From NCBI RefSeq assembly GCF_000143415.4, contig NW_003314378.1:74110-138109 (forward strand): 64,000 nt of DNA, written 5' to 3'. The DNA comes from Selaginella moellendorffii. Taxonomy: Eukaryota > Plantae > Lycopodiophyta. The notes beneath the pieces are model-generated. The model did not search any database and was not told where the DNA came from. It saw nothing but the letters and a program-made list of their open reading frames with translations. How positions within the stretch are numbered: position 1 is the first letter of the stretch; every line of letters begins with the position of its first letter. Both the position numbers and the translations under genes were made by a program. This document shows, piece by piece, positions 1-14,064 of the stretch.

Positions 1-1260
1 TAGAGATCAAACAAGGATAGATTTCACTTGTTAACAATGAATGTGGGAGCATTAGCTAAGAAGTATGAGCTTGGGCAAAACCTAAAGAAGTAGGATTGCA
101 TCCTAGGTGGTGGCATGTGGCATAGCTATGCCATCCAAACCCTGGAAACAATGGAAATCATGTTTTGATCGACATTACATTTAGGATGTGATGTGGAGAT
201 GCATGGATATTCCTTGAAGTCTACACTCAATAGAGAACTAGAAGAAATCATTGGGAGAGCCAACTATAAAAAGGAGGGCAATAATAAAGAAGGGTTGGGT
301 TGGGCTTCACCCCTTTTCTGAAGCATTTAAAAGTCTTCAAAAGTGTTTTAAAAATGATATTAGTGATTAATGAGAAGATTATGAGTGCCAGTAAAATTGC
401 ATTCAGTTTTAATAAGCTTTAGAGTGTTTTGGAAGGCTTTGTTTTACTTCATGGTTGGCTACTAGCAATAGGACATCCCCAAGGAATTTTGTGAAGTAAT
501 CATTGTTTGTTTCTCTCACAGCTAGCGAGATTCTCACTTGGTTGTAGTGCAATGCAATGGAATTGGCATAGCACATCACCTCCTGGCCTCAGTGTTGGTA
601 GAGACGTTGTTAGATTGAAGCAGGTGGAAGACAGCTACAAACCCAAATGTATTTTGCGGGTTAAGAACAAGGTGCCACCTTTTCTTGGTTGGAAAAAGTT
701 TCCAATGAACAGGATTTCTTAAAATTCTAGTGTGAAGAGACTTGTGGGTGAGATTTGCATTTGCATCAGATTAAAGAGCTCATTGGGTCTTTAGATCTTT
801 GTCTAAAACTCTAATACTCTCACTGACTTCGTGCTTCTACATTATTGGAGGAGCTCACCTCGTATGTGGTGGAATCAAGGTGAGTTTGACTATTCCCCCT
901 CCCTAGGTAGCACAAATGATCCAATATTGAAATTGGAGTAGACTGATTTCTCTCTGCTATAAGTTATACATGTTGTTCTAAGAGCTATTAAAAATACATT
1001 AAACCAAGGCCCTGCTACCACTAAGCATTGGCAATGGTTACAAAAATTCTGATGTGTGTAGCTAACAGAAAATTCTCTTTCATAAAGTGGCAAAATGCTT
1101 TGATTATACTGTTGATGTGGGCATGAGGGAGCTGGGATTTACACTCACTATCATACCCCATGTATTGTCTAATTTCAGACCCATCTCTCATCACAATGCA
1201 TGTGAATATAGTATCAACTACAATATTCCAAAAGAGCATGGGCTCGAATGCTCATGCACC
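1..1260 (+). mobile_element. Degenerate LINE (non-LTR retrotransposon) ORF2 relic
   Basis: FHLLTMNVGAL near nt 22-55 resembles the APE endonuclease start (xxWNVRGL). ORF 1087 has TLTIIPH..SNFRPIS..N, resembling the LINE RT LIPK..NxRPISL.N motif. Many stops. nt 1-161 recur at about 11709-11870. Confidence 0.5.
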
Positions 1261-1473
1261 ACAAAAACTTTTTTGTGGTGTGTGAGCACTCACCACACAT
1301 TCAGCACAACACTTAAAAATGATATAGTGAGTATTGGTAAAAGATATTCACGCCCATTAAGGTTAAGATACATATCTCTTTCTATACAGGACAATTGCAC
1401 ACATTAATACTTTGTGCAAACCATTGATGGTGCTTGTCAAACCTCCTGGTTACCTTTTTCGCTTCGTGGCACC

Positions 1474-1621
1474 TTTAGAGCGTGTTCTTCCAACCTGTCC
1501 TTGGGTTTTAGAGCGTGTTCTTCCAACCTGTCCTCGGGTTTTAGAGCGTGTTCTTCCAACCTGTCCTGGGGTTTTAGAGCGTGTTCTTCCAACCTGTCCT
1601 CGGGTTTTAGAGCGTGTTCTT
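1474..1621. repeat. 33-bp tandem repeat, about 4.5 copies
   Basis: Unit TTTAGAGCGTGTTCTTCCAACCTGTCCYBGGGT. The minus strand reads (EEHALKPEDRL)n. Confidence 0.95.
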
Positions 1622-1731
1622 GGTGGTGTTCTTCGCTCAGCACCCCGTGGATTACCACTAGGTTCGTAGGTTGGATCAAAAGGTTCTCTCGTTTGTTTTC
1701 CTCTCCAACTCCAACTTGCAGCTGCTAGCAT

Positions 1732-1831
1732 NNNNNNNNNNNNNNNNNNNNNNNNNNNNNNNNNNNNNNNNNNNNNNNNNNNNNNNNNNNNNNNNNNNNN
1801 NNNNNNNNNNNNNNNNNNNNNNNNNNNNNNN
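1732..1831. other. Assembly gap (100 N); others at 4830-4929 and 20557-20656
   Basis: Runs of N. Confidence 1.
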
Positions 1832-1892
1832 ACATACAACATAAAAACATAAAAACCAATTCTAACAAAAAGAAAAGCATAAAAAAACGTAC

Positions 1893-4829
1893 CAAATGGA
1901 CTCTGCTGCGGATACCCGTAATAGCATGTATCCACCTTCGGAACAACCATCTTATCCTGCTTTTTTACTTTCCGAATCACGTTATGCAATGCTTGGTCTG
2001 TCATAAAAATGACAGCGTACTCCCCATCTGAAAAGACACACATTTAACCACCCACAAATAAAATTAAATACCTTCTATCCATTGCTCTATCCTCCATGTT
2101 TTCTTCAGAAAATCTTGTTCCCATCTTGCTTGTTGGCCTTCATAACATTCCCTGTGCTTACTCTCAAGAAATATAAAAAAATCATCCAACGTATCCTCCA
2201 CAACCACTAGCTTTAGATGGATGAAGCTATCAGGTCCATGGTTGCCAATACCAACCCAATAGAATTGCTTCTTGTTGTCATTTAAAAAGGCTTGAAATGC
2301 CTCTGCTTCATGAATCTGATGAGGCTGACGTTTCGGAGGTCCAAACCTTGCACCAGCTGGCAACCGGAACTTCAAAGCTTGCATACGTGCAGGAACGCGG
2401 AAATTTGAGGGGAGAATGTCTTTGAGTGTGAACTCGAACACCGTGTCCTTCTCGCGATCATGAAAAAGCTTACCCATGTATATCATGAAGACAATGCACA
2501 TGAGGTCTGATACCTCCTTAACCTTGGGATTAGAATCCAGTATAGGAGGCCATAAATGTCGCAGCTCCGCCACATGTAGGTTCTCGACAAGATGGTATAT
2601 AAGGAGTGGAGAGAACATGATGGAAAAAGCGCGCATTCCATTCTTTGTGTCTTCCTGTTTCGATAATTTTACCTGCTTATGGGGAGGCGGCTCCTCCTGT
2701 AAATTAACCCCACATAAGCACTCACATAAACTTCTGAAATACCAGAAAAGTACCTCGTTGCGTAAGAGTCCAACTAAACCGCAAGACTCTAAAAATCCCC
2801 ACTTATCACTGTAAATGCCTGGCCATACTAGGTCGTCCCGATTGATAAGGGTCCCCAGCAGCGCAACATAAAGAGCTCGTAGCACTAACAAATAGTTGCT
2901 GTCATGAAGGTAGTGAAGATAATAACTGCCCTTAATACGTTTCCACGCATTCGTTATTGTTTTGCACAGATCGGCTTGGGTGAGATCTTGATCCACCTGT
3001 AACAAACATAAAAAAACTTCTCATCACATCAAGAAAAAAGACAAAAAAGAGCCGAACAAACCTTCTCGTAGAACTTCAAAGCTTCGAGATGAGGGTGCTC
3101 GGGCATCAACCCTCTCAACAGGTGATCAAGCATCCTAGGATTACCTCCTGCTAACTTTATCAGCTTCCTTAGTCCGTCCTTCAACTCAAATGGTTTCTCC
3201 ATGTCGAGAGTATCTCCTAGTCTTGAAAAGAAGATTTTCGTTATATGTTCCACTTCCTCCTCTTTCAAAGGCCTGATAGGGATAAAAATACTCGTAGCAT
3301 TCTCCGTAGACGTGTAACGCATTGTGGCCCCAGAAAATCGGGTCGTTGCTGCTGTAAGTACAGGAAACGTCAAGCCACCTCGGTTACCTTTGATATGTTG
3401 AACGTAGGCCGAGAAAGCTTCATGAATCCAGGACGATGCAGCTGGGCGACCTCGCTGAGGTCGAGCCTTATTGACTTCATCAAAAAACCAAGATAGGAAA
3501 ATTCGCTTGTCGGCAGGAACCTTAAGACCAGTTCGAATGAAGTCGACCACATCTCCGAAAGTCAGCACATTCCTCAGGCCCGGAAATATGCCATCCAACT
3601 CCTTGAGAAAATCACCATATGCAGTCGTATTCATTGGACAAAGTGCTGCATGCAAGGACCGAAGGGCCAAAACCTGTGCGCCTTCCAGGCCGTTCTCAAG
3701 CAGAAGTGCACCCCCAGTCCTTGTCGTCTCAAGGGAATGATACATTCGAAGGTGTTTCCCGGTCTCCAACACATTATTCACCATTTCCTTGAACTGAGTG
3801 ACAAGCCTACCAGAACCAAGCTGGTCCTCGAGAATGGCATCTATAGCCCCTGTTTCTGTGCCCCTCAACCACGCTTCTCTGAGGAGAGCTGAAAGGCATG
3901 ACCCGACAGTTGTTTTACCTGCGCCAGGAAATCCGATGACCATCAACATGAACTCTTTTCGTTCAATATCCGAGGCACTGGCCGTCGTGTTCATAAAAGT
4001 TGCAAAGACCCGTGCAGCGGCTGCCATAAGATGCTGAATCGTCTCGTCCCTTCCGACCAAAGTAAAATAATCTCCCAAGTCCGCATGTAAATACGGCTGC
4101 GCACCGTTGTCCACAAGAGGCAATTTGCAGCCTGGCACCCTCCTCGCCGGCATCCCGCGAAGAAACCTTGCATCCTCCAGTTGTTTTGTGTATACATCCA
4201 GCAACCTCGACACTACAACAACACAAATGTGTCAGTAGTAGAAATAGCCACAGTACACCAACACATTAAACACCAAAGCATAACCCCGTACGTACGAAGA
4301 GCCGCAGATGCAGAAAAATCCAGGCAACACGTTCTACAAGCTACACAGCAAAAAAAACACACCGCACCAACAAAGGCAACAGCCGAAGGGCTTCACAAAC
4401 ACACAGAGACCAGGCACTAGCACCACGACAAGTAAACGCCAAGTTCCAGCCAAGAAGTGGTTTTGCTCAGCAATTGCTTACCTGGCGCAGCTTGAAGGGT
4501 TATCGGCAGGGTCGCTGAAACAGAAATATAAACTTGTCAGTACTCGGCATAGCCAGGGGGCAAGAGGCGCGACGAGGCAAAAAAAGGGCGAAACGAGAAG
4601 CACTCCTAAATAACGCACAGCCCAGAAAGAACACAGATCCAAAGACCACAAAGTTGCGAAAACCACACCAGGCCGGCAGATCCAGGCAACGCTACTTACG
4701 TGTAGGAGCCTTCGTTGCCCGAATAGTATGAGAAGATCCAGGCACATATGTAGACCTGCTCAGGCCGTCTTCCCCTGCCTGTAGACGTCTCCACCTGACC
4801 CTGCCTTGCTCATAGCGCTTCACACTGAT
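1893..4829 (-). CDS. Crinkler (CRN)-like P-loop NTPase + PD-(D/E)xK nuclease protein, multi-exon, both ends run into gaps
   Basis: Walker A GFPGAGKTT, Walker B FFDEV, GGNPR motif, C-terminal GNHGPDSF...FIFLESK and VIFMTDQ. In-frame introns at 2997-3061 and 2028-2071, plus further small exons up to 4829. Confidence 0.7.
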
Positions 4830-5579
4830 NNNNNNNNNNNNNNNNNNNNNNNNNNNNNNNNNNNNNNNNNNNNNNNNNNNNNNNNNNNNNNNNNNNNNNN
4901 NNNNNNNNNNNNNNNNNNNNNNNNNNNNNATTCTTTAGGGCAGTAGTTCTTATAAATCAAAGTGTTAAAATGTGTTGATTTTGCTATTCTTGCCAAGTGA
5001 GTTGATAATCAGCAACCTCAGTTGGAGATGATAGTGATAAAAACATTAGCATGTCTAAGCTTTAGACATAACTTCCTCGATTTCATTTTAGTCCTTGAAT
5101 CCTCCACAATACTGGATGGGATCACCATAATAGCATTCTAAAAGTTGATGATAAACACAAAATTAAACCCAAAACAAGAGCTGACCATTTATTAGACTTT
5201 GTAAATATTCCAAAAGTGTACTCAAAATAGCTTTGCACCATTTGCACCTTAAACTTATCTAAATCATAAAACACACTAAGTTCCAACCATGTTTATATCC
5301 ATGTTATAGATTTTATAGAGTGTGGACTATATTTGAACTCACAAGTTGAAGAGTTGAGCTCATAAGTTGAGCTCAAATTTCAATTGTAGTTTAATACAAA
5401 CATTAAAAACTTTAAATAAGGTTATGAATTTAATAATTTCATACCTCCATACATATTATATAGATAAAAATGTTCTAAAGAGCACTTCTTGTTCTAACAA
5501 TTTAAATATTTATTACATGCCATAATAGGGATATTTGTTAAAACAAAAAATAAGATGTTTGCAGAAAAAGTATTTTTAT

Positions 5580-6190
5580 TACCAACATCTTCACCAGCAA
5601 AAGGAAAACAACACTTTAAGCGAACAATCTTCATATAACCAATAGAAGCTCAGGGAGTACTCCACTAATGGAAAAGGCAATATTAAAAGGCAATAAAATG
5701 AGAAGAAAAAATAGAAACCAACTTAAAAAGAGTGATGTCCCTACTGGAACATCTTAACTTCCCACCACCCTAACCATGACTCAAGTTGTAATAAACAATT
5801 TATATCCGTATGGCCATATTTACACCATCACATTCAAATCTTATTTGCTTTTACCTTATGCTCTTCTTTAGAATGTGCAATCTATCACTGTTTACACAAC
5901 TCCTTAAACATTAATTGAAACTTTGGCCAGATAAAGTGGCAGTGTTAGTTTAGGATTTGAGCCCAATGGAACTCTCATAACCTTCCAATAATTGACCATT
6001 CCCAAAAATTGCTCGAACACCATTCCAATTTGCACTAGCCCCATCTATCATGAAACTGCGAAAGTTTGTAAGCTTATCAATCTGCTTTAGGACAATATCC
6101 GAAAGGGACTTCCAAAATATTTCTTGGGCTGTTTGGTCTTGTACTTTAAACTCTACTGTCACAATTGTCACCCTCTCGATATTCACATAT
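5580..6190 (-). mobile_element. Degenerate MULE/Mutator-type transposase relic, copy 1
   Basis: FMIDGASANWNGVRAIFG...FHWAQ fits the MULE D...A..VF....CxFH..Q pattern. Frameshifted. An inverted homologous copy lies at 10040-10935. Confidence 0.6.
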
Positions 6191-9100
6191 CCAAAATTTT
6201 ATTTTAAACAATATAATATAAGAAAAAGATATTATAGAAAAGAGCTCCCTGCTCAAGTTTTCTTTATCCTAGCTTTTGCATTTGCTTCTTCAGAAAATCA
6301 ACGTTTTGTTTCACTTGGTTGCTTGTAACCAAGGAAAACTCTTTCATCATTGGCAGCTGTAGAAGTTTCACATTGATTGATATGGCCTTTTCCAGTAGTT
6401 GTCATCTGCTGCCGATACTGAGATTTCATGTTTAGCATCATCATTTTCATTTCAACTATCTGCAATCAGCAAGCATAGAAGAATTTAGAAGACCAAATAG
6501 AAGAAATGCTGGCTTACAAACAGAACTTGCCTTGACTTCGTACTCCATAGAGCACTCCAGTCAATTTTAACCTTGTTTATAGTCGTCTAAAAGTTCCTCC
6601 GGTAATGCGAGTGAGAAAGAAAGCAAGCATGTTAAAGCGGCAAACCTTCGTGACTTCTTTCTTCTTTAGGAAACAGGCTCCCGAATGTTCTGGTCACCTG
6701 GATTAAATGTTTCAAGAGTTAACTTCCTTCTCACCGACGATTGTAGTTGTTTTGGTCCAATCGTCCACTTGACTATTCAGCACTTGAGGAGTACTCCTGT
6801 CATCGCCACTGTACGATTCCTTACAAGCAGACTTGGTTCTAACTTCTACAGCATCTTTTCCGACGTCATTTTCCAGCTCATAGTGCAGCATCTGGTCAGC
6901 GTATTGTTGAGCTGGTTCTTTTGAAGCCCCTGTCATCACTGTCTCCTCAATTGAAACCAAAGTAGCCTTTTTCTTCGGAAGTTCTTGAGAATATGAAGTA
7001 CAAGGCCCTTGGATGTATGGCCCTCTTTTCATGATCCCGGTGCTCAAACGCATCGAGATCACATCCAGTGAGGCCGATCGCAAGCTCGCAGCATCGCTCC
7101 CCAAGAAATTCGCGGCCGCTAGATTGCTCGAGGATGGAAGAGAGCTCCATGGCCAGATTGCCAGGGCGGGGCGCGATGGAGAGCTGAAAAGAAGAAACGA
7201 GTAAACAAACAAACTTCAAAGGAAAAGAGAGAACAAAAGCTTACCCGGAACATCCTTGGGGCGCCCTTGGCCTTGGCACCAGGAGGACGAGGCTGTCTCT
7301 CAAGTTTCGGAAGATACCAGCATTGGAGATCTCAATCTCTCAATCTCTCACACTCTAGCATGCTCAATCTTTTGCACTCTTACGTGCCCGATCTCTCGCA
7401 ATCTCACATGCTCCATCTCTCACACTCTCTCGCTATCTCTCGATCTCTCTCACACTCTGGGAGGGAGCCTTAAAAAAACCTGGGCCTCAAGGCTGATGGC
7501 TGCCCTAACCCTAACCAATTTCTCATCCTGGCTGTTCATTCCAAATAACCTAAATCTCAGCTATCATAATATCTTTTGATCTTATTTTATCTTATAATTA
7601 TTATTATATGTGAATTATGGTTCTTTATTTTGTATATTTTAATGATGATATAACTAGCACCTATCAACATTTCTGTTATTAGAGATATGATATTATTTTT
7701 TCCAAATTATCTAGAAAGGATGCATTTTCATCAATATTTTGTACATATTTTGAAATCATTACAAGAACTTTAAAGATTATAAATAAGGCATATTGAAATA
7801 TATTGTACTATACTAATACATGAATGAATGAATTTTCATCCAGAAATTTAATTTTTTTTGTATTAGATCCTAAATGCATTAAATATCATTGAGTAGTATT
7901 CACAATTATGGATAAAACTCAAGTCATACTAAGAATTGAATCTATCATTGAAGAATTATCATTACTTAGCACTTAAGATTTGATAAAATTTATCATCACC
8001 TAACACTTAAGATTTAACAAACTTGACACATCACATGTGCTATTAGTTAGTTCAGACCTCTTGGATTGCCACATTATAGTCAAATGTCATTACTGATATC
8101 ATTATTAATTATCAAACTTCATGTGTTGAAAATCCTTCTTTGGATTTATGTGCAAACATGCATCAAACATTATAATAGATTATAGTAACATTAAAACTAT
8201 CACACTTGCATATGTTAAATTTGTTATAGAATTTAAATTCATTTTGTACGCTATTGACATTCTTTATATTGCTCTCCTTGAATTTCAATTTATATTTCAC
8301 TATAGATTTTTACAAATAGTATAAAGAGAGAGAAAACTTCAAAAACTATTATGAAGAATGGAGAGGTTTTTTCCACATTTTCGAGATCACCCACCTCTTT
8401 TATTTTCTCAAAGTATTGTTTTCAAAAGTTTTTTACGTTGGCGTTTTGATTTTCGTCTTGGCTCTATTTTGTTAGAGGTTGTGATTCACAATGACACCGG
8501 TATAGTTGCATGCTCAAGGTTTCTTCTTTCCGGTGTGGGTGAGGGTAAACAGTAATAAGATTTGTAAAATTCTAAGTCGAAAGAGATTCGAGTTTTTGGA
8601 TCTCAAATCAAAGTGCCAAGATGCACTCTAGAAAAAGTGAATGTAAAGCAAGAGTCAGTTGTCATCCTCTCCTCTTCTTTTAGTTTAAATGGAGAAGCCA
8701 TGCTAGTATCAATGTCAAATTCACTAGCTCCATCTTCAACAATATTCAAAGCCTTTAACAATGCTTTCTAGTTTTCGCATGTCTCAGTTGACAAGTGCTT
8801 GTTTTTGTATAGATTCATAAGCAAACTTCCATCCTCCTACAATGGCAATATTTTTTTTGAGCTACCACTTCTTGTTAACAATATAGGTTTTAAACAGAAG
8901 GGGATGGAAACCAAGCAAAATGTCCACAATTGATGCAAGATTAAGACCACACACTTCCAACATTTTGAAGGTATGGTGTCTATAATTTATTGTGGTGAGC
9001 ATTTAGATTGCATGGATGAAGTATGCAATCAAGATCGTGGAAAAAGTTCTATATTTTTCAAGGGTTTACAATCAATCATCCTACCTGTGATACCATTACT

Positions 9101-9196
9101 GTTAGATTCAAATGTCAATTCTACAAATATGCTCCTCTATGTTGTGCTATCAGCAAGGCTAGGATGTACTACTTTTTTTGTTAGGTACAAGGTAAG

Positions 9197-9562
9197 GATA
9201 ATAGGATAAAGAAAGGGCCTTGCAATCAAATGATCCCCCCTTTAGCAAATTGGCTTAGGATGTAAGGGATAGGATCTTAACATTGGTATGGGATCCCAGT
9301 TCTATTCTTGTGGCTGACGAGTGGGGCAAGAATATTCAAAAGGAATATTTAACATAGTGGATCTAGAGGGAGAACCAAGGTTTGGTAAACCCTAAGAGAA
9401 GGACCATGGTGACTAAAAGATGGCTTAAATATGATTGTAAATGATCATTCTCTGACGAGGGGAGGATAGATCAAGATAATAGGATAAAGAAAGGGCCCTA
9501 CAATCAAATGATCACCCTTTTAGCCAGTTGGCTTAAGATGTAAGGGATAGGGTCTTAACATT
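9197..9562. repeat. Direct repeat of about 88 bp (9197-9284 and 9475-9562)
   Basis: GATAATAGGATAAAGAAAGGGCC...GATGTAAGGGATAGGRTCTTAACATT occurs twice with a few substitutions. Confidence 0.85.
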
Positions 9563-10039
9563 CTTCCATGGGATGGAATGGCTAAAAGAGTTGCAGTATA
9601 TGTTGATATATATATGCATCTAATACAAGAAAGGATACAAAAAAGTTCTTTCAACTGTTTCAAAGATGTTGTGCAGAAAGAAACTATGAGAAACTTATCT
9701 GCAACTCTAAAGCATGTTTAAAAGATCGTCTTTAAGGGTTTTATTACAAACACCCTACTTAATCTAGGCTACCAAAGACTCAACTAAATAAGGTTAGCCT
9801 ACAGAATTTACTATGAGGAGTACAACTTGCTACTAGTCTGAGGAGGTATATTTGTACATTACAAAAATATATTTTTCTTACATTATATTGTTTAGGATAA
9901 AAAATTAGATGTGTGAATCTCTACAATGTAGGGGTACATTTTGACCATATAGAGCGTGTATTAGGTTGGACAACTATGGGAGCTCACATGTATCCAAGGT
10001 AATTTTTATTCTCATTATATTGAAATGGTTGTAATATTT

Positions 10040-10935
10040 GTTTTTTCATAGGCTATATTGTAACTTGACAATTGCAACAATAAAGTTTAAAGTAAAAAAC
10101 CAAACAACCCAAGAAATATTTTGGAAGTCCCTTTTTGATATTGTGCTAAAGCGGACTGGAAGCCTATAAAATTTTGTTATTTCATGGTAGATAGGGCTAG
10201 TGCAAACTAGAATGGTGTCCAAGCAATTTTTAGAACTAATTAACCATTGGAAGGTCATGAGAGGACTTGTGAGTTCTATTAGGTTCAGAGCCTAAACTAG
10301 CACTACCATCTTATCAAGCCAAAGTTTTAATCACTGTTTAAGGAGTTGTGCAAATAATGGCAACCTGCATCCTTTAAAGAAGAGCACAAGGCAAAGGTAA
10401 ATAAAATTTAAATATGATGGCGTGAAGGTGGCTATGCAGACACAAGTTGCTTACTTCAACTTGAGTCATAGTTAAGGTGGTAAAAGTTAGGATGTTCCAA
10501 TGGGGACATCACTCTTTTTAAGTTGGTTGCTATTTTTCTTATCATTTTATTGCTTTTTAATATCTCCTCAAATTGGAACACTTTTGAAGATTGCTTTATA
10601 GTGCATATTAAATCTAATAGACTTCATATAGACTCATCTTCCCTTTCCCTGCTTCAGAGAAATGCCAACTCTAGTGCTTACTTTCGGAGAGATTTACAGT
10701 TAGGGTGTATGTGAGGTCCTCAAGTGGTTACATGGGAACAAGGCTTTCTATTGAGATGTTACATGATAGGATGAAGAGAAAATTGACTCCACCCGCCTAA
10801 ATAATGGTAACTGCAATTGAGGAAGTGCTCCACGGCATATCTATGGAGTACACTTCTCGAGCTTCTATTAGTGATATGAAGATGGTCCACTCAAAGCATC
10901 ATTTTTCCTTTGTTAGTGAAGATGTTGGCATAGAC
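10040..10935 (+). mobile_element. Degenerate MULE-type transposase relic, copy 2
   Basis: Reverse-complement similarity to 5580-6190 (e.g. CAAGAAATATTTTGGAAGTCCCTTT; GGACATCACTCTTTTTAAGTTGGTT). Many stops. Confidence 0.6.
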
Positions 10936-11869
10936 ATTAGAGTAAAAAGCTTTCATATGCCTGATGTTGAGTATGATTCTACTCTAAGACACTGCCCTCA
11001 GATAAAGCCACCTAAAATGGCTGATAAAAAGAGTGCATCACAACAGGTTGAAATTGCTTACTATATCATACAACATTTAGTAAAGGCACAAGGACAACAA
11101 AAGTTAGAATTTGAATAACAAATTATAGAGTTCAACACCCAATATGAAAACACACTAATAAAGATTCAAAAAAACAATTAAATTGTGGAGGAGAGCTCTA
11201 TATTATAGGAGCTTATGATGTGGCAGCTTTGGACAATAGGGAAGCTGATTGAGGCAATCGTGTCAACTAGATCCTCAAGGAAAAAGTTGCAAGAAAAGAC
11301 TTTGCCCTAGGAAATTAAGATTTTATGGAAGGAAGCGATAGGAGAAGAGGAGTCTAAGTAGAAATTTGAGGAGTTCACTAGGGAGGAGCTGGACCTAGGT
11401 GATGACTCAGAGGACACCATTAGCAAGCTAAAAGACAAGGATGAGGACATCTTAGAGGATGCAGATGCATTGCTTGAGCTTGAGAAGACAACCAAGGAGC
11501 AAGTGTAGGATGGAATCACCTATTGAGCAAGTGGCAAAGGGATGTTGAAACAAAAGGAATCTAGGATAGGTTTAGAGATTTCCACAAAGCAGTAGGTATA
11601 GGAATTTTCTATTTTAGCTAAGGGAGAGATGGTGGAGAAGCTTTAAGAAGGTGCTATTGGGTCTATCTCAAAAGTTTAGATGTTGTTAAGGACAGTTGGG
11701 ATTGGCCCTAGAGATCAAACAAGGATAAGATTCACTTGTTAACAATGAATGTGGGAGCATTAGCTGAGAAGTATGAGCTTGGGCAAAACCTAAAGAAGTA
11801 GGATTGCATCCTAGGTGGTGGCATGTGGCATAGCTATGTCGACCAAACCCTGGAAACAATGGAAATCAT

Positions 11870-13907
11870 GTGTGTGAATGATGTGCAGTGCTTCTTGGGC
11901 AAGGTGCAGTATCTCGGTTGTTTTGTGGATCATCTTTTTGATCGCACTGCACCATTGCGAGTGTTGTAAAGTCATCAACATCATCTTTCATCTAGTTTCC
12001 GGATTGTGAGTGGGCATTCAAGGATCTCAAAAAGCTATTGACGACTCCTCTAGTTTTGGCATATCCTAACTACACTTGACCTTTTATTTTGCGCATGGAT
12101 GCTTTTGACATTGGTCTTGGAGGTGTGTTGAAATGAACTACTCCACGACAGAGAAGGAGTGTTTAGCAGCAGTTTGGGGTTTCTAGAAACTTCATACATA
12201 TCTACATGGTTCTCAGACGTTACTTGAAGGTGATCATGCTGCTGTTACTTCATTATTGAAGTGGAAGAACCTGGTTGGTCGTACTGCTCGATGGGCTTTG
12301 AAGCTTCAAATATATGATTTTGATGTTGTTCATCGCCCAGGGAGTTCTATGGTTGATGTTGATGCCCTTTCTCGAGCTCCTCTTCCTTCTCCATTCTTTT
12401 CTCATGTTTCTGATGAGCTTGTTGTTCCAGCCTCTATGGATTTTCTAGATGAGGATTTTGTGCCGTCGATGGTTGTTGTACTTGACATTTAGTGTTCACA
12501 AAGCGTAGAGGAAGATCCACCTTCTTGAGGTTCACGAGGCTCAAAAGATTGAGCCGTGGATTTGAAGGCTTCAAGATGGGTTTGAGAATCCTGCATCACT
12601 TGCTAATCACTTGCCTTTCCGGCATTTACATTCTCAATATCGCCTTGAAGATGGCCTTCTTTATTTTGTGGGGATGGATCCTGATAATCATTTACGGCTG
12701 GTGGTGCCTTCTATCTTTATTCCGTGGTTTCTCCATGCCTACCATGATTCTCCTGTTCTAGGTGGGCATATGGGACATCGTCATGTAACCGAGAAGTTGT
12801 GCAGGTCTTTCTATTGGCCGGAAATGCAACATGATATTATCCGATATGTGCGTAATTGCGTTGGTGCCAAGCTCATAATACTCCCCCTCGGCTGCGGGAA
12901 GGACAGTTGGAGTCAATTGCAATTTCCCGTCCGTTTGAGTTGGTGGCATTTGATCTTATGGGACCTTTTCCAAGGTCAACTGCTGGCAATGAGTATGTTA
13001 TTATTGCTTTTGACTACTTGATTCGTTAGGTGGAAGTTGGTGCTCTTGCTAGCGCCTTTGCAATTGCTGTTGGATACTTCCTCCTCAATCGAGTGGTGTT
13101 CCAACATTCTTGTCTAAAGCGGATTCTTTTGGATAATGGTCCCACATTTATGGCTGAGGCATTTCATGTTTTGATGTCTCGGTTGGGGATACGCCACACT
13201 TTCATGAGTGTTTATCATCCACAATCAAACGATCTGGTGGAACGACTCGTTCGGACATTCAAGGGGATGATTGCGAAGTATGTGAACTTTCAGCATTCGG
13301 ATTTGAATGGTTATTTGCCGTCTCTTCGGTATGCATATGTCACAGGGGTGCAGAGTTCTGTTGGTGCTTCACCATATAAACTCCTATATAGTCATAATAC
13401 AATATTACCAATGGAGCTAGGTTTACCTTCGCGATTGCCACGAGCTACAGATGATAGGTCATGGGATTAGTATTTGACGAGCATTCTTCCACTTGTCCGA
13501 GCGGAGTTTGCCGAACACTTAGGCTGTGTAAAAGTGGGACAACAATGGCGGTACAACTCCCATCATCATGCACCTGCGGAGTACAAAGTGGATGATTTGG
13601 TGTTAGTCCGTTTTCCCCATCTTACGGTACGTGGTTTATCTAAAGGGCTCCTTGCACAGTGGAAAGGACCGTATCGGGTGTTGCGGGAAGTTGGACCACA
13701 AGTTTATGAGGTTCGGCATGATGTCCAGCAGGCCGATCCTCCAGAGATTGTGCATGTGCAGCAATTGAAACGCTTCATATAAAGGGATCAAGAGCAGTTA
13801 ATACCACCTACAGATCCGCCAATGCCTCCTTCTGACGTTCTTCCAGATCCTAGCTCGTCTACAAGAGAACCCTAATGGTCTTCTATTATTTTGAGAGGAG
13901 GGGATGA
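11870..13907 (+). mobile_element. Ty3/gypsy pol relic (RNase H, integrase) ending in a polypurine tract
   Basis: GRTARWALKLQ.YDFDVVHRPG, HDSP..GGH, DNGPTF, YHPQSN..VER, WKGPY motifs with frameshifts. PPT GAGAGGAGGGGATGA at 13893-13907. Confidence 0.9.
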
Positions 13908-14064
13908 TGTGAGGGCCAAGTGTACGGCTATGACGCTATATACTAATATTAGTGTAGTGGGATTTTGGTAGCCATTGGATTGGTTTCAATCCGGATTGTA
14001 TATAAACTAGGGTTTTTGGGCTAATTGATATGTAAATTTCTGTATTCCCTTTCCATATTCCAAG

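Noticed and set aside
117-134. TGGCATAGCTATGCCA palindrome outside the transposon
   Set aside because: Different spacing and core from the 22-bp motif, and not preserved in the duplicate at about 11827.
1474-1621. CRISPR-like 33-bp repeats (GTTTTAGAGC resembles the start of a Cas9 repeat)
   Set aside because: The units are head-to-tail with no unique spacers, there are no cas genes and the context is eukaryotic.
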